64,000 bases of DNA, taken from the IMG/VR virus record IMGVR_UViG_3300028581_000010; one strand, given 5' to 3'. A program made the position numbers and the translations under genes. The notes beneath the pieces were generated by a model. That model had not been told where the DNA came from and made no database searches. It was given only the letters and a program-made list of their open reading frames with translations. Shown here piece after piece: positions 27,387-35,499 of the stretch; the stretch's first letter is position 1; each line of letters opens with the position of its first letter. This DNA is from a virus (lineage: Duplodnaviria > Caudoviricetes).

Positions 27387-27698
27387 GTGTATTTCGGCGT
27401 GGCAATTTGCACACACCAAATCACATTTGTCTAGCTCGTCAGTAACCTTAGCCCAGGCTCGATTGAATCCAGTACCTATTCCGAAGTCCTTCTTATCCGG
27501 ATCCCTGTGGTGGAAATGCAGTGCAGCTAAGCATTTATCATAGTTGCAATATTTACATTTTCCTCCTTTGTACTCGACAGCTTTACCTTTAATCCTTAGA
27601 TTTTTTGCTTTAGTGAAACACGAGTTGCACATTGTTACTCTGTGCCCGCGACTTCTGGCGTACGCGTATTCCCTGCCGCATTTTTTGCATGTGGTCAT
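27372..27698 (-). CDS. HNH homing endonuclease inserted in tRNA-Val
   Basis: CKYC...LHFHH...ELDKCDLVCANCHAEIH; stop codon lies inside the tRNA D-arm. Confidence 0.85.
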   Translation of the reverse strand: MTTCKKCGREYAYARSRGHRVTMCNSCFTKAKNLRIKGKAVEYKGGKCKYCNYDKCLAALHFHHRDPDKKDFGIGTGFNRAWAKVTDELDKCDLVCANCHAEIHAGLL

Positions 27699-27733
27699 TC
27701 ATAATATTTACCACACACGGTAGACTTAGTCAA

Positions 27734-27757
27734 GCTCTACCGCTGAGCTAACCTCCC
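27734..27757 (-). pseudogene. Orphan 5' half of tRNA-Val (acceptor strand plus D-arm)
   Basis: GGGAGGT-TA-GCTC-AGCGGTA-GAGC; GGGAGGT is the perfect complement of ACCTCCC at the tRNA-Val 3' end (27317-27323). Confidence 0.85.
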
Positions 27758-27769
27758 GGTTGTTAAATT

Positions 27770-27846
27770 TGGTGGGCGCGGTAGGATTCGAACCTACGAC
27801 CTATCGCCTATCAAGCGATTGCTCTAACCAGCTGAGCTACGCGCCC
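27770..27846 (-). tRNA. tRNA-Ile(GAU)
   Basis: Cloverleaf, loop TT-GAT-AG, encoded CCA. Confidence 0.93.
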
Positions 27847-27847
27847 G

Positions 27848-27925
27848 TGGGGTACTCGATGGGGCTCGAACCCACAACCGCCCGACCCACAATCGGGAGC
27901 TCTAACCAATTGAGCTACGAGTACC
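27848..27925 (-). tRNA. tRNA-His(GUG)
   Basis: G-1:C73 pair, loop TT-GTG-GG, encoded CCA. Confidence 0.93.
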
Positions 27926-27930
27926 GTTTG

Positions 27931-28245
27931 TTATGTTGCTTTGTATTTTTCGCAAAGATCCCGCATTGGAACGTATACGATAGGCGCAAGCAGGTTTTCC
28001 ACTTCCTCGGCTGCGATCTTGATTACGTCTCTGTTGTAAGCACTTATAGCGTACGTCCTTTTTCGGAGATGGTGTTCCAACTTGTGTACTTGAAAATAGG
28101 ATACATACAGGCTTTTCTTGCTGGCCACCTCCTTAACCACAGCGAAGCGCATGACTGTATTCACAGGAAACATCACGTAGTCTCCTGGAAACACCGGGCG
28201 CTTAAATAAGTCTAAAAATACTTCTGGTTGTCGTTTGTCATCCAT
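27931..28245 (-). CDS. Hypothetical protein
   Basis: 104-aa ORF; DLFKRPVFPGDYVMF is an SH3-like start common in phage small proteins. Confidence 0.6.
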   Translation of the reverse strand: MDDKRQPEVFLDLFKRPVFPGDYVMFPVNTVMRFAVVKEVASKKSLYVSYFQVHKLEHHLRKRTYAISAYNRDVIKIAAEEVENLLAPIVYVPMRDLCEKYKAT

Positions 28246-28383
28246 TGTTGTTAAATTTACTTGCCTAATTTATTGATTTTGGGCATAGTTGCCGTATGAA
28301 TAAAGGATTTAAAGATAAGATGCGTATTTGTCTTTGTGCAAAAAGTACTCGAGCATAACGGATATACTATCTCGAAGAAAAAG

Positions 28384-28467
28384 CAGCGTCGCTAGGGGTC
28401 GAACCTAGAATGCCTAATAGGCTCTATCTCCAAAGGATAGTGTGTCTACCAATTTCACCACGACGCT
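28384..28467 (-). tRNA. Class II tRNA with UUG (Gln) anticodon on a Leu-type scaffold
   Basis: AGCGTCG/CGACGCT-G73; D-arm GTGAAATTGGTAGACAC; loop CT-TTG-GA; variable hairpin GCCT-ATT-AGGC. Confidence 0.8.
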
Positions 28468-28505
28468 AAAGCTGTCAGCCATATCTATGTGCTGTAAGTA
28501 AATTA

Positions 28506-28578
28506 TAGGAGCTCTGGGACTCGAACCCAGAACCAAGAGCTTAAAGGGCTCCTGCTCTACCAATTGAGCTAAACTCCC
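28506..28578 (-). tRNA. tRNA-Lys(UUU) with C33
   Basis: Cloverleaf; loop CC-TTT-AA. Confidence 0.88.
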
Positions 28579-29003
28579 TGTAATTTATTGTTAGCTAAGT
28601 AATGCAATTCTCTGTGGCAGTTAGCGCAGAGCACCTCACATTTAGCAATCTCGCGTAGAAGTGTGGTCCTTGAATATTTTGCGTACATCACGGATACTTC
28701 ATGAAGTTTATCTTCAGCCTTGTGGTGAAAGTCTAATACATAGTGTCTTGCGTCTCCACATTTAGAGCACTTTAATGTTTGCTTATACTCTATAAACCAC
28801 GTTTTGTTTTCTTGTACGCGCGCAGCTCTCTTGCCGACCTCCGTTTGTTTATTACGCAAATAATAGGCTGTACGGCGCTGTGAAGAGCACGTCTTGCACA
28901 TACACTGCCTGCTCACATATATACTGCCGTCCTTGCGCTTTTTATTTTTTATCCAAAACTGAGACAGGTCCAGCTGCTTCTTACATTTGCTGCATATTTT
29001 CAT
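28569..29003 (-). CDS. HNH homing endonuclease
   Basis: CSKCG...LDFHH...EIAKCEVLCANCHRELH; stop TAG = tRNA-Lys positions 8-10. Confidence 0.85.
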   Translation of the reverse strand: MKICSKCKKQLDLSQFWIKNKKRKDGSIYVSRQCMCKTCSSQRRTAYYLRNKQTEVGKRAARVQENKTWFIEYKQTLKCSKCGDARHYVLDFHHKAEDKLHEVSVMYAKYSRTTLLREIAKCEVLCANCHRELHYLANNKLQGV

Positions 29004-29009
29004 TCTGTA

Positions 29010-29038
29010 AATATACAGCTAAAAAGCAGTGCTGTCAA
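29010..29038 (-). promoter_or_regulatory. sigma70-like promoter (leaderless HNH transcript)
   Basis: TTGACA-17-TATATT, ATG 7 nt downstream. Confidence 0.7.
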
Positions 29039-29066
29039 ACTTTAAAGATGCTGACAGTCTATTGGA

Positions 29067-29138
29067 CGGAGCCTACGGGATTTGAACCCGTGTTACAGCC
29101 GTGACAGGGCTGCGTGTTAACCACTACACTAAGACTCC
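29067..29138 (-). tRNA. tRNA-Asp(GUC)
   Basis: Cloverleaf, loop CT-GTC-AC, G73. Confidence 0.93.
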
Positions 29139-29147
29139 AAGACCTTG

Positions 29148-30281
29148 TTAAATATCCAGGTCCATGCAGGACAGCCCGTTACCCATAAAGCGGTTTCCAC
29201 CACCACGGAACACTCTGTTGTAAGAGCTGCGAGGCTCGATACGCAGAGTACGAATGGGCTGCTTGCAGATGTCGAGTTCCGTATCATTTTCCTCAGCATC
29301 AATAATCTCCTTCTCAGTGAATGCGGAGTATATGTTGATCAGATCCGTGTCGAGTACCTCGGCGATCTGGCCGAGCTCGTCGCGGTTGGCCCAGAGGTCG
29401 TAGCCCACACAGCCATAATTGAGCGGAGCGGGCCGCAGCTTGATGTTATCGTGCAGCAGCTTCTCGCCAATAGGCGTGCCATTCTCATCCTTGATAACCT
29501 CGTAGACGGCGTGCAGATCCGCGATCTTCTTGACGTTGAACACGTCTTCGAAGGCGGAAGGAGCCTCGTGGTGAATGTTCACCTCATCGATGATGGCGCA
29601 CACGGAGTCCACCGTAATAAGCTCCAGCTCGGAGACGAAGTCGATGACAGACTGCCGCAGCTCGGTATACTTCAGCCGGTCATCCACGATCTGGTAGATG
29701 ATGTCCGGATGCAGGTTGCCGAATGTCTTCACGTACCGAATACGTCCTGGCCGCTGTATCATGTTGGGCTCGATGTTGAGCTCGTTGGTTGTAAGCAGAA
29801 ACAGCTTGCGGTAGGCACCCTTGGTAACGCCGTCCATAAGCATGAGCAGTTTACTTGGGTGGCCGTATTCCCGAGGAAATACCTTCTCGAACTCGTCGAA
29901 GAAGAGCACCACGTCCTGCTGAATGTTACCGACGAACTCATTGATGTCGTCGTAGGCAGCGTCCACGATGATCACGGGCAGCTGCAGCTTGTTGGCAAGA
30001 ATCTCGCAGGTAACCGTCTTGCCGGTACCCCGAATGCCGTTTAGCAGCGCTCCGAGGTTGGTAGTTGTATTGTTCCAGGTACGGATGACACGTGCGATAA
30101 AGTCGTCGCACAGGCCATATACCTTCGGTGGCAGAGGGAACTCCTTGGAGATGTGCTCCAGAAAGAATCCCATGCGTTGGTTCCACCGAAGGATGTATAT
30201 TCCAATCGGTAGTAGTTCTAGTTGCTGGCTAACCTCTTCGATGCGGAAGATGTTGCCACTCTGTGACCAGTTGTTTTTCAT
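29148..30281 (-). CDS. AAA+ ATPase
   Basis: Walker A GIRGTGKT, Walker B FFDEFEK, sensor TTN, Arg finger RPGRI. Confidence 0.9.
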   Translation of the reverse strand: MKNNWSQSGNIFRIEEVSQQLELLPIGIYILRWNQRMGFFLEHISKEFPLPPKVYGLCDDFIARVIRTWNNTTTNLGALLNGIRGTGKTVTCEILANKLQLPVIIVDAAYDDINEFVGNIQQDVVLFFDEFEKVFPREYGHPSKLLMLMDGVTKGAYRKLFLLTTNELNIEPNMIQRPGRIRYVKTFGNLHPDIIYQIVDDRLKYTELRQSVIDFVSELELITVDSVCAIIDEVNIHHEAPSAFEDVFNVKKIADLHAVYEVIKDENGTPIGEKLLHDNIKLRPAPLNYGCVGYDLWANRDELGQIAEVLDTDLINIYSAFTEKEIIDAEENDTELDICKQPIRTLRIEPRSSYNRVFRGGGNRFMGNGLSCMDLDI

Positions 30282-30309
30282 TTATGTGTTGTGGTGTGTT
30301 GGTTGTTTA

Positions 30310-30972
30310 TTAGTAGGTCTTTCCCTCGGCATAACGCTTCCTGCGATATGCCCGCCCTTTTCCTTTATTCTTGTTCTTATACGTTGGTAGCTGCATGTCG
30401 CAGTTTCCGCAAACTAAGCGGATGTTATTTATCTTGTTGTTGCCGGAGTCTCCATCAATGTGGTCCATGATTAACGGAATAGGTTGTCCTTGCCATGTTG
30501 TATTCTTACATATGGCGCAGTTGTGTCCTTGTTTTTCCAGCATATAACGCTTAGCTGGGCCTTTTGATCTGGCTGCTATAAAGCTGCCACTCTCGATAAT
30601 TTTGGCGCGCGACGCTGCTCGCCGTGCTTCTGTAGCGCATTCCTGTGAGCAGTACTTAGTGTAAGTCATCACCTTTTTGCAGGTTGCGCATGCCTGTTGT
30701 GTACGTTGCAGCCTAGCTACAGTTACAATATCTAGCGAGCCTGCGCCACGCCGATATCGGCCTACATTGTTGTGGCTTACAGCGCAACCGCAGCTACAAA
30801 ACTTATTATGTCTTTTAGCGTATATAAGTTCCCGTTTACAGGTAGTGCAGTGTGCAGGGTTATCTTTATATTGTTGCTTGCGCTTTAAGCATATAGCTTG
30901 TTGCGTTTCTCTGGATTTTAGCCAACCTAGCCTCCCAGCTTCGGTATGGCTCATTTTATTAGTTGAGTTCAT
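30310..30972 (-). CDS. HNH homing endonuclease with Zn fingers
   Basis: CAIC...MDHIDGDSGNNKINNIRLVCGNC; promoter TTGAAT-16-TAGACT, 7 nt before ATG. Confidence 0.85.
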   Translation of the reverse strand: MNSTNKMSHTEAGRLGWLKSRETQQAICLKRKQQYKDNPAHCTTCKRELIYAKRHNKFCSCGCAVSHNNVGRYRRGAGSLDIVTVARLQRTQQACATCKKVMTYTKYCSQECATEARRAASRAKIIESGSFIAARSKGPAKRYMLEKQGHNCAICKNTTWQGQPIPLIMDHIDGDSGNNKINNIRLVCGNCDMQLPTYKNKNKGKGRAYRRKRYAEGKTY

Positions 30973-31017
30973 GCAACAAGTCTACCAACCATTGCAAAAC
31001 ATTCAAGTATAAAGATG

Positions 31018-31091
31018 AGCCCTTGCTCAGATTCGAACTGAGGACATCCTCATTACAGGTGAGGTGCTCTAACCAACTGAGCTACAAGGGC
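31018..31091 (-). tRNA. tRNA-Thr(UGU) with C33
   Basis: Cloverleaf; loop CC-TGT-AA. Confidence 0.9.
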
Positions 31092-31094
31092 TTA

Positions 31095-31165
31095 TGGAGC
31101 TGTCGAGGGTCGAACTCGAGAATCCGGCTTGCAGGGCCAGTGTTTTACCACTAAACTACAACCCC
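31095..31165 (-). tRNA. tRNA-Ala(UGC) with C33
   Basis: G3:U70 Ala identity pair; loop CC-TGC-AA. Confidence 0.9.
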
Positions 31166-31176
31166 ATGTAAAAATC

Positions 31177-31250
31177 TCGGAGAAACAGGATTTGAACCTG
31201 CGGCCTCCTGGTCCCAAACCAGGCGCTCTACCAAGCTAAGCTACTCTCCG
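31177..31250 (-). tRNA. tRNA-Pro(UGG)
   Basis: C1:G72, loop TT-TGG-GA. Confidence 0.93.
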
Positions 31251-31273
31251 TTGTCTGTAAATACTAACAGGTA

Positions 31274-31594
31274 TTACGAATCTTTGTCAACTTCTTCCAG
31301 CCATTCGAGAACCTTCATCCTCTTGGCTAGCAGCCATGTGCCTCCCTGACTCTCAGGTCTTGAAAACTCTTGGTAGTCATCTACTTCTACCTTAAACCAA
31401 GCTCTCTTCTTCTTTGAAAGATGCGGAGCTGTGGGTTTTTTCAAGGCATGAAAGCCTGGGCGGACTGCAAAGCCTTTTGTGGGGTGGTTCTCCGCCACCA
31501 TCCACTCGTTAAAAGCTATCTTCTTTGTCTTGTTGATGAACAGGGACTTTACGTCCCCGTTCTTCAACACGCGCATTAACTTGTAGGCGATCAT
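31274..31594 (-). CDS. Hypothetical protein (conserved phage type)
   Basis: 106-aa ORF with a GFHA motif. Confidence 0.65.
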   Translation of the reverse strand: MIAYKLMRVLKNGDVKSLFINKTKKIAFNEWMVAENHPTKGFAVRPGFHALKKPTAPHLSKKKRAWFKVEVDDYQEFSRPESQGGTWLLAKRMKVLEWLEEVDKDS

Positions 31595-31600
31595 TATCCT

Positions 31601-31936
31601 TTAAGCAGGAGACTCATCTACAGCGCAAGCCTCCCCTACCGTATTGCGTGTAGCGCGCACCACATCAACCATGGTTGCTCTACTTGCCCCTAGCGACGCA
31701 CTTGCCCCGCAGCATTCATGCACTTCTCCTCTTGCCTCAGCCACTGTCGCAATGCCGTCAATGTGCTTGCTGTTAAGGCTGGTGGCCAGCATTTTCACCT
31801 CTTTGTCTGTAGGGTTGGCGTAGTATTCATGTAACCCGTCGAGTAACCCAGATACCGAGGTGTAGACCACTCGTTGGCATCCTACCTTGACTATGAAGCC
31901 GTTTAATACGGCTGTTATGTGTATGTCTCTAATCAT
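31601..31936 (-). CDS. Hypothetical protein
   Basis: 111-aa ORF; NGFIVKVGCQ. Confidence 0.6.
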   Translation of the reverse strand: MIRDIHITAVLNGFIVKVGCQRVVYTSVSGLLDGLHEYYANPTDKEVKMLATSLNSKHIDGIATVAEARGEVHECCGASASLGASRATMVDVVRATRNTVGEACAVDESPA

Positions 31937-31943
31937 ATTGTTT

Positions 31944-32549
31944 TTAGCTTAACTGCAGGCTCTTTGGTAATCCATCGCCTTCGATGGTCTTCTTGAAGCA
32001 CATGTTTGCGGCGATATGGTAGCACACGATGCCCTCAGGGTTCATGAAGCCTGGTGCGGCTGCGCTGCCGTTTTCCTTTAGCTTGGCTAGCGTATCGTCA
32101 CATGCTTCTGTTGTAAATGGTCCCCTGTATAACACAGGCGCCAAGTGGCAGCAGGCAGGCAGCACTTCCTGGAGCTTGCTACCAACCAAAGCGGGCTCTG
32201 TGCCGTGAGCGCACCATCTGGAGACGTTGAATAGGCTCCAGCGCTTTTCCTTCATGTTGTATTTTCTCTGAATACCCAAGCCCCACCATTCTCCAAAGTG
32301 GCGGCCAGGCCCAAGAGTAATGAGCTCGTCACGGTGCTCTGTTACCCAGCGGGCAAACCCAGCATTATCATCCTGAGGTGTAATCCACCTCGTACGGGAG
32401 CCGATCAACAGCTTGCCCTCGTCAGTGATGTACACACAGGCGTTGGTCCCATCGATTTTTTCACTAATTATTACTTCTCTTGACAATCTCGCCATCTTTG
32501 GGAAAGCAAGAAACTCGTCATTTATTGTTGTTTGATTTGTGTTTTCCAT
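31944..32549 (-). CDS. RNA ligase (Rnl2-like adenylyltransferase domain only)
   Basis: EKIDGTN, GSRTRWI, FGEWWG, PEGIV, FKKT. Confidence 0.85.
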   Translation of the reverse strand: MENTNQTTINDEFLAFPKMARLSREVIISEKIDGTNACVYITDEGKLLIGSRTRWITPQDDNAGFARWVTEHRDELITLGPGRHFGEWWGLGIQRKYNMKEKRWSLFNVSRWCAHGTEPALVGSKLQEVLPACCHLAPVLYRGPFTTEACDDTLAKLKENGSAAAPGFMNPEGIVCYHIAANMCFKKTIEGDGLPKSLQLS

Positions 32550-32991
32550 GTCCTGTTTTACGATCTCGTGTTCTTATTCTATGGCAGTTGGCGCAAACTA
32601 AGTCACACTTGTCTAGTTCCATCTGGATTAGCTCTCGGCTATAATGGTGTGCAAACATAGTACCAACATTGTACTTTTTCTTTGCACCGCGGCAGTGATC
32701 AAAGTCCATGCAGCATGTTGGGAACTTTCCGCCGCAGTCTATGCACACCTTAGATTTTAGCTCTATCATCCACGTTTTGAGTGCCTTAGCCTTATCCCCC
32801 TCCTCTCGCCAGTTCCCCTCTGCAGCGTAACGCCTTGCACGATATTTTCGTACTGCTTCATTAAGCTTATCTCTATTGTTTTTCCTCCAATACTTGTGTC
32901 GGCAACGTGCAGAGCAGAATTTTGGCGGATGACTACGATATTTGCGTACTGACTTATTTAAGCATTCGGGGCATATTAGCGTTATTTCCAT
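32518..32991 (-). CDS. HNH homing endonuclease
   Basis: CIDCG...MDFDH...ELDKCDLVCANCHRIRT; start set at MEITL from the promoter position. Confidence 0.85.
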   Translation of the reverse strand: MEITLICPECLNKSVRKYRSHPPKFCSARCRHKYWRKNNRDKLNEAVRKYRARRYAAEGNWREEGDKAKALKTWMIELKSKVCIDCGGKFPTCCMDFDHCRGAKKKYNVGTMFAHHYSRELIQMELDKCDLVCANCHRIRTRDRKTGHGKHKSNNNK

Positions 32992-32997
32992 ATATGC

Positions 32998-33026
32998 ATT
33001 ATGGTTCAAACGCTAAATTATGTCAA
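32998..33026 (-). promoter_or_regulatory. sigma70-like promoter (leaderless HNH transcript)
   Basis: TTGACA-17-CATAAT, ATG 7 nt downstream. Confidence 0.7.
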
Positions 33027-33043
33027 TAAGTATTTGGGCTTAA

Positions 33044-33775
33044 CTAGACTAGTAGTTTTTTGTAGGCCCTCTTACAGATGTCGACTGCGACATCAGTGTC
33101 GAAGGTCATTACAACACCTGGGGCTTTTCTAGCCTCGTCGAATTCGTTCATGGCTCCTGTCGCCCAGACCTGCAGCTCCTCCACACTGAATAGCTCAGGG
33201 TTTGTTCTTATCTTAAGTAGTTGGTCCGCCAATGCAGGCTTCCACTTGCGCACATGCACAGGATAGACACCGGTTCTTAGAAACTCAGCGCTGCATAGCA
33301 ATATGCGTATAGCGTGCGCTACGTTCTTCGGAGAGAAGCCGTATTTGGCTAGGAGCTCTTTTCTACTCGCGCCTAGGTCACCAGCCTTCTGGCCGAAGCC
33401 CACCATGATCTCGTTTGAGGCATACCCCATCGAGGCATGGCCGTAGTGGTTGGTGTCTATGAGCTGCGACCTGTGTTGGAGTATGTCCTTCAGCACGTCG
33501 CTGCTATAGAGCCACGTATCGTTGAACATCAGCTCGACGGTCTTGACCGTTGATCTGCGACACAGATGTAGAAAGTGGCGCAGTTCCCAGTACGACTCGT
33601 TCTCCGTTGTAGTGTTGTGCACCCAGCTATCGTCTGTGGCTAGGCCGAACAGTGCGCCTGGTTTGTCTGTGAGGTATATACCAGCATAGTCATGATCGCT
33701 GTCCTCGGTATTGATCCCATACATTCGAGATCCGTTTAGGTAAAGTCCTACGTAATTAAGTTTTTCATTTGGCAT
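33044..33775 (-). CDS. RlaP-like (Pol beta superfamily) nucleotidyltransferase
   Basis: GSRMYGINTEDSDHDYAGIY (GS...DxD), E-x-x-x-F, KNVAHAIRIL. Confidence 0.8.
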   Translation of the reverse strand: MPNEKLNYVGLYLNGSRMYGINTEDSDHDYAGIYLTDKPGALFGLATDDSWVHNTTTENESYWELRHFLHLCRRSTVKTVELMFNDTWLYSSDVLKDILQHRSQLIDTNHYGHASMGYASNEIMVGFGQKAGDLGASRKELLAKYGFSPKNVAHAIRILLCSAEFLRTGVYPVHVRKWKPALADQLLKIRTNPELFSVEELQVWATGAMNEFDEARKAPGVVMTFDTDVAVDICKRAYKKLLV

Positions 33776-33817
33776 ATTGTCAATAGCTAAGACTTGCTCG
33801 GTGCAGACTACAATGCT

Positions 33818-34321
33818 TTATGGCTCTTGTAGTAAATACTGCGTCATCTCTTCGATCGAGTAGCAAATCACACCGTTGTAACCAAAACAGGCAGCTCGAA
33901 CGATAACTTCTTGCCCGTATTGGTAGGTCATAGGAAAGCCGACCACCAGCTTCTGCTTTACAGCGTCCACTTCATGGGACTCGCTGACACACTCCTGCCT
34001 TTGTAAAATAGCACCTAGCTCAAACATAGCCAGGTCTTTACAAAAGTCATCCTCGAACCACAGCACTACAGTAGATGCGCTCTTGCATCTCTTGTGCTGC
34101 CATTCTATATCCGTGTACTGCTCCTCCGCGGTCTGACGATGCAGAACCTGCCAAGTGGGTTTGGGTACATAGATTGTTGTTGCGGTGTGTTGCAACCCTC
34201 CGTTGACTAGCCTGTCTCTCCAGTTGTCTTCCACATACTGTGAGGGGCTGCCGCCTAGGTATATTGTCTTAGGAAATCTCGCCTTCTCGTAGTTCGGGCT
34301 TACTATTATCTGTGCTATCAT
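33818..34321 (-). CDS. Nucleoside 2-deoxyribosyltransferase-like protein
   Basis: TIYLGGS...WRD...EWQH...VVLWF...MFELGA. Confidence 0.7.
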   Translation of the reverse strand: MIAQIIVSPNYEKARFPKTIYLGGSPSQYVEDNWRDRLVNGGLQHTATTIYVPKPTWQVLHRQTAEEQYTDIEWQHKRCKSASTVVLWFEDDFCKDLAMFELGAILQRQECVSESHEVDAVKQKLVVGFPMTYQYGQEVIVRAACFGYNGVICYSIEEMTQYLLQEP

Positions 34322-34709
34322 GATTGAATATTATGCGCATGTGATTGTCGAGTATATTTGAGGCCTCTTCCTTGGTTACCCATAGAAAGCTGTCCAGCTC
34401 GGGCTCGCCGTTAGGGCACAAGGCTATGCACCTTATATCCTCGGGGACCTCCTGCAGCTCTGCAGCAAATACGACAATCTCCTTCTTGTGGCGCTTGGTT
34501 GTGTAGCGCATTATCGGCGTTACACCAATGTCGCCAGGCTGGAGAGTTATGTTCGTCTCCTCCTTGAGCTCACGCAGGGCAGTCTCGGCCTCTGTCTCGC
34601 CTTCCTCTTGCTTACCTTTAGGTATGCTGTAGCTCTTGAAAGTACCGCTGGCTCTACCCAGCAGGTACTTGTCCTTCACCTTCAGCAGAACCCCACACGA
34701 CTTTATCAT
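34269..34709 (-). CDS. Nudix hydrolase
   Basis: Nudix box GKQEEGETEAETALRELKEETNI. Confidence 0.9.
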   Translation of the reverse strand: MIKSCGVLLKVKDKYLLGRASGTFKSYSIPKGKQEEGETEAETALRELKEETNITLQPGDIGVTPIMRYTTKRHKKEIVVFAAELQEVPEDIRCIALCPNGEPELDSFLWVTKEEASNILDNHMRIIFNHDSTDNSKPELREGEIS

Positions 34710-35499
34710 TTTTGTATTTGATTATGTTGATGGTACCGTTTTCGATTGTCAGATACTCCTCACCCAGAGTATCTATGAAGTAGCCGTTAGCGATGCTATC
34801 CTTCTTGTTTGGAAACCAGCTCTGTACCACGTGCCTGTTCGGCGTATGGCCCATGATCTGGTCAATGCCGCGGATTGGTGTGAACTGTGTCATGTGTAGC
34901 CAGTACGGCCCGCCATGACCAGGTTCTCCGCACCTGTAGCCTTGATACATGAAGTGATGGTAGCCGCTCTTCTCCGCCGCTTCGCGCCACCTCGGCTCCT
35001 GCTTCTTCATCTCAAAGAGATGCTCGTCCACAGTGAGGTCCATCAGGTGCCTAAACTTGCCACCCTTCTTCACGTACTCCATGTGGCGGAATCCGTATAG
35101 GTTGGCTAGCGTGAAGCCTGCGTGGCTTATGACTATGGGCCGCTCGTCTCTACCGCGTTGAATCTCGTAGTAGAGCCTCAGCTGCCGGAAGTCCAGCTCG
35201 TTTATAATGCTTCGTATGGCCCTGTTCTTCTCTGGGCTGTATCCTGGACACCACAACGCACTATTATGACAGAAGGCGTAGGCTGCGTCGTGGTTGCCTA
35301 GGAGATGTATGCGGTTTGGCCTGGTAAGAGACCTCTTGAGCCAGTTGGCCGTCTTTCTTGCTATGTGCTCGTCATCTCCCCAGCCGTCGAAGTAGTCACC
35401 ACAAAATATGATCTTGTGAGTGTCCTCGTACTTGGAAGCAACGTGCTCAGCCGCATCTATTCTGTTGTGTATGTCTCCGTATACGAGGTACTTATCCAT
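34654..35499 (-). CDS. Calcineurin-like metallophosphoesterase
   Basis: GDIHN, GDYFD, GNHD, SHAG, GHTP. Confidence 0.9.
   Translation of the reverse strand: MDKYLVYGDIHNRIDAAEHVASKYEDTHKIIFCGDYFDGWGDDEHIARKTANWLKRSLTRPNRIHLLGNHDAAYAFCHNSALWCPGYSPEKNRAIRSIINELDFRQLRLYYEIQRGRDERPIVISHAGFTLANLYGFRHMEYVKKGGKFRHLMDLTVDEHLFEMKKQEPRWREAAEKSGYHHFMYQGYRCGEPGHGGPYWLHMTQFTPIRGIDQIMGHTPNRHVVQSWFPNKKDSIANGYFIDTLGEEYLTIENGTINIIKYKNDKVVWGSAEGEGQVPAG

Noticed and set aside
27363-27733. Group I intron in tRNA-Val (the 5' piece could end in U and the insert ends in G)
   Set aside because: The insert is almost entirely promoter plus HNH ORF; no room or recognisable P3-P9 core, and the site is not the anticodon loop.
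28246-28383. AT-rich spacer between tRNA-Gln and the next ORF as an ncRNA or HEG relic
   Set aside because: No stable structure or convincing reading frame was found.
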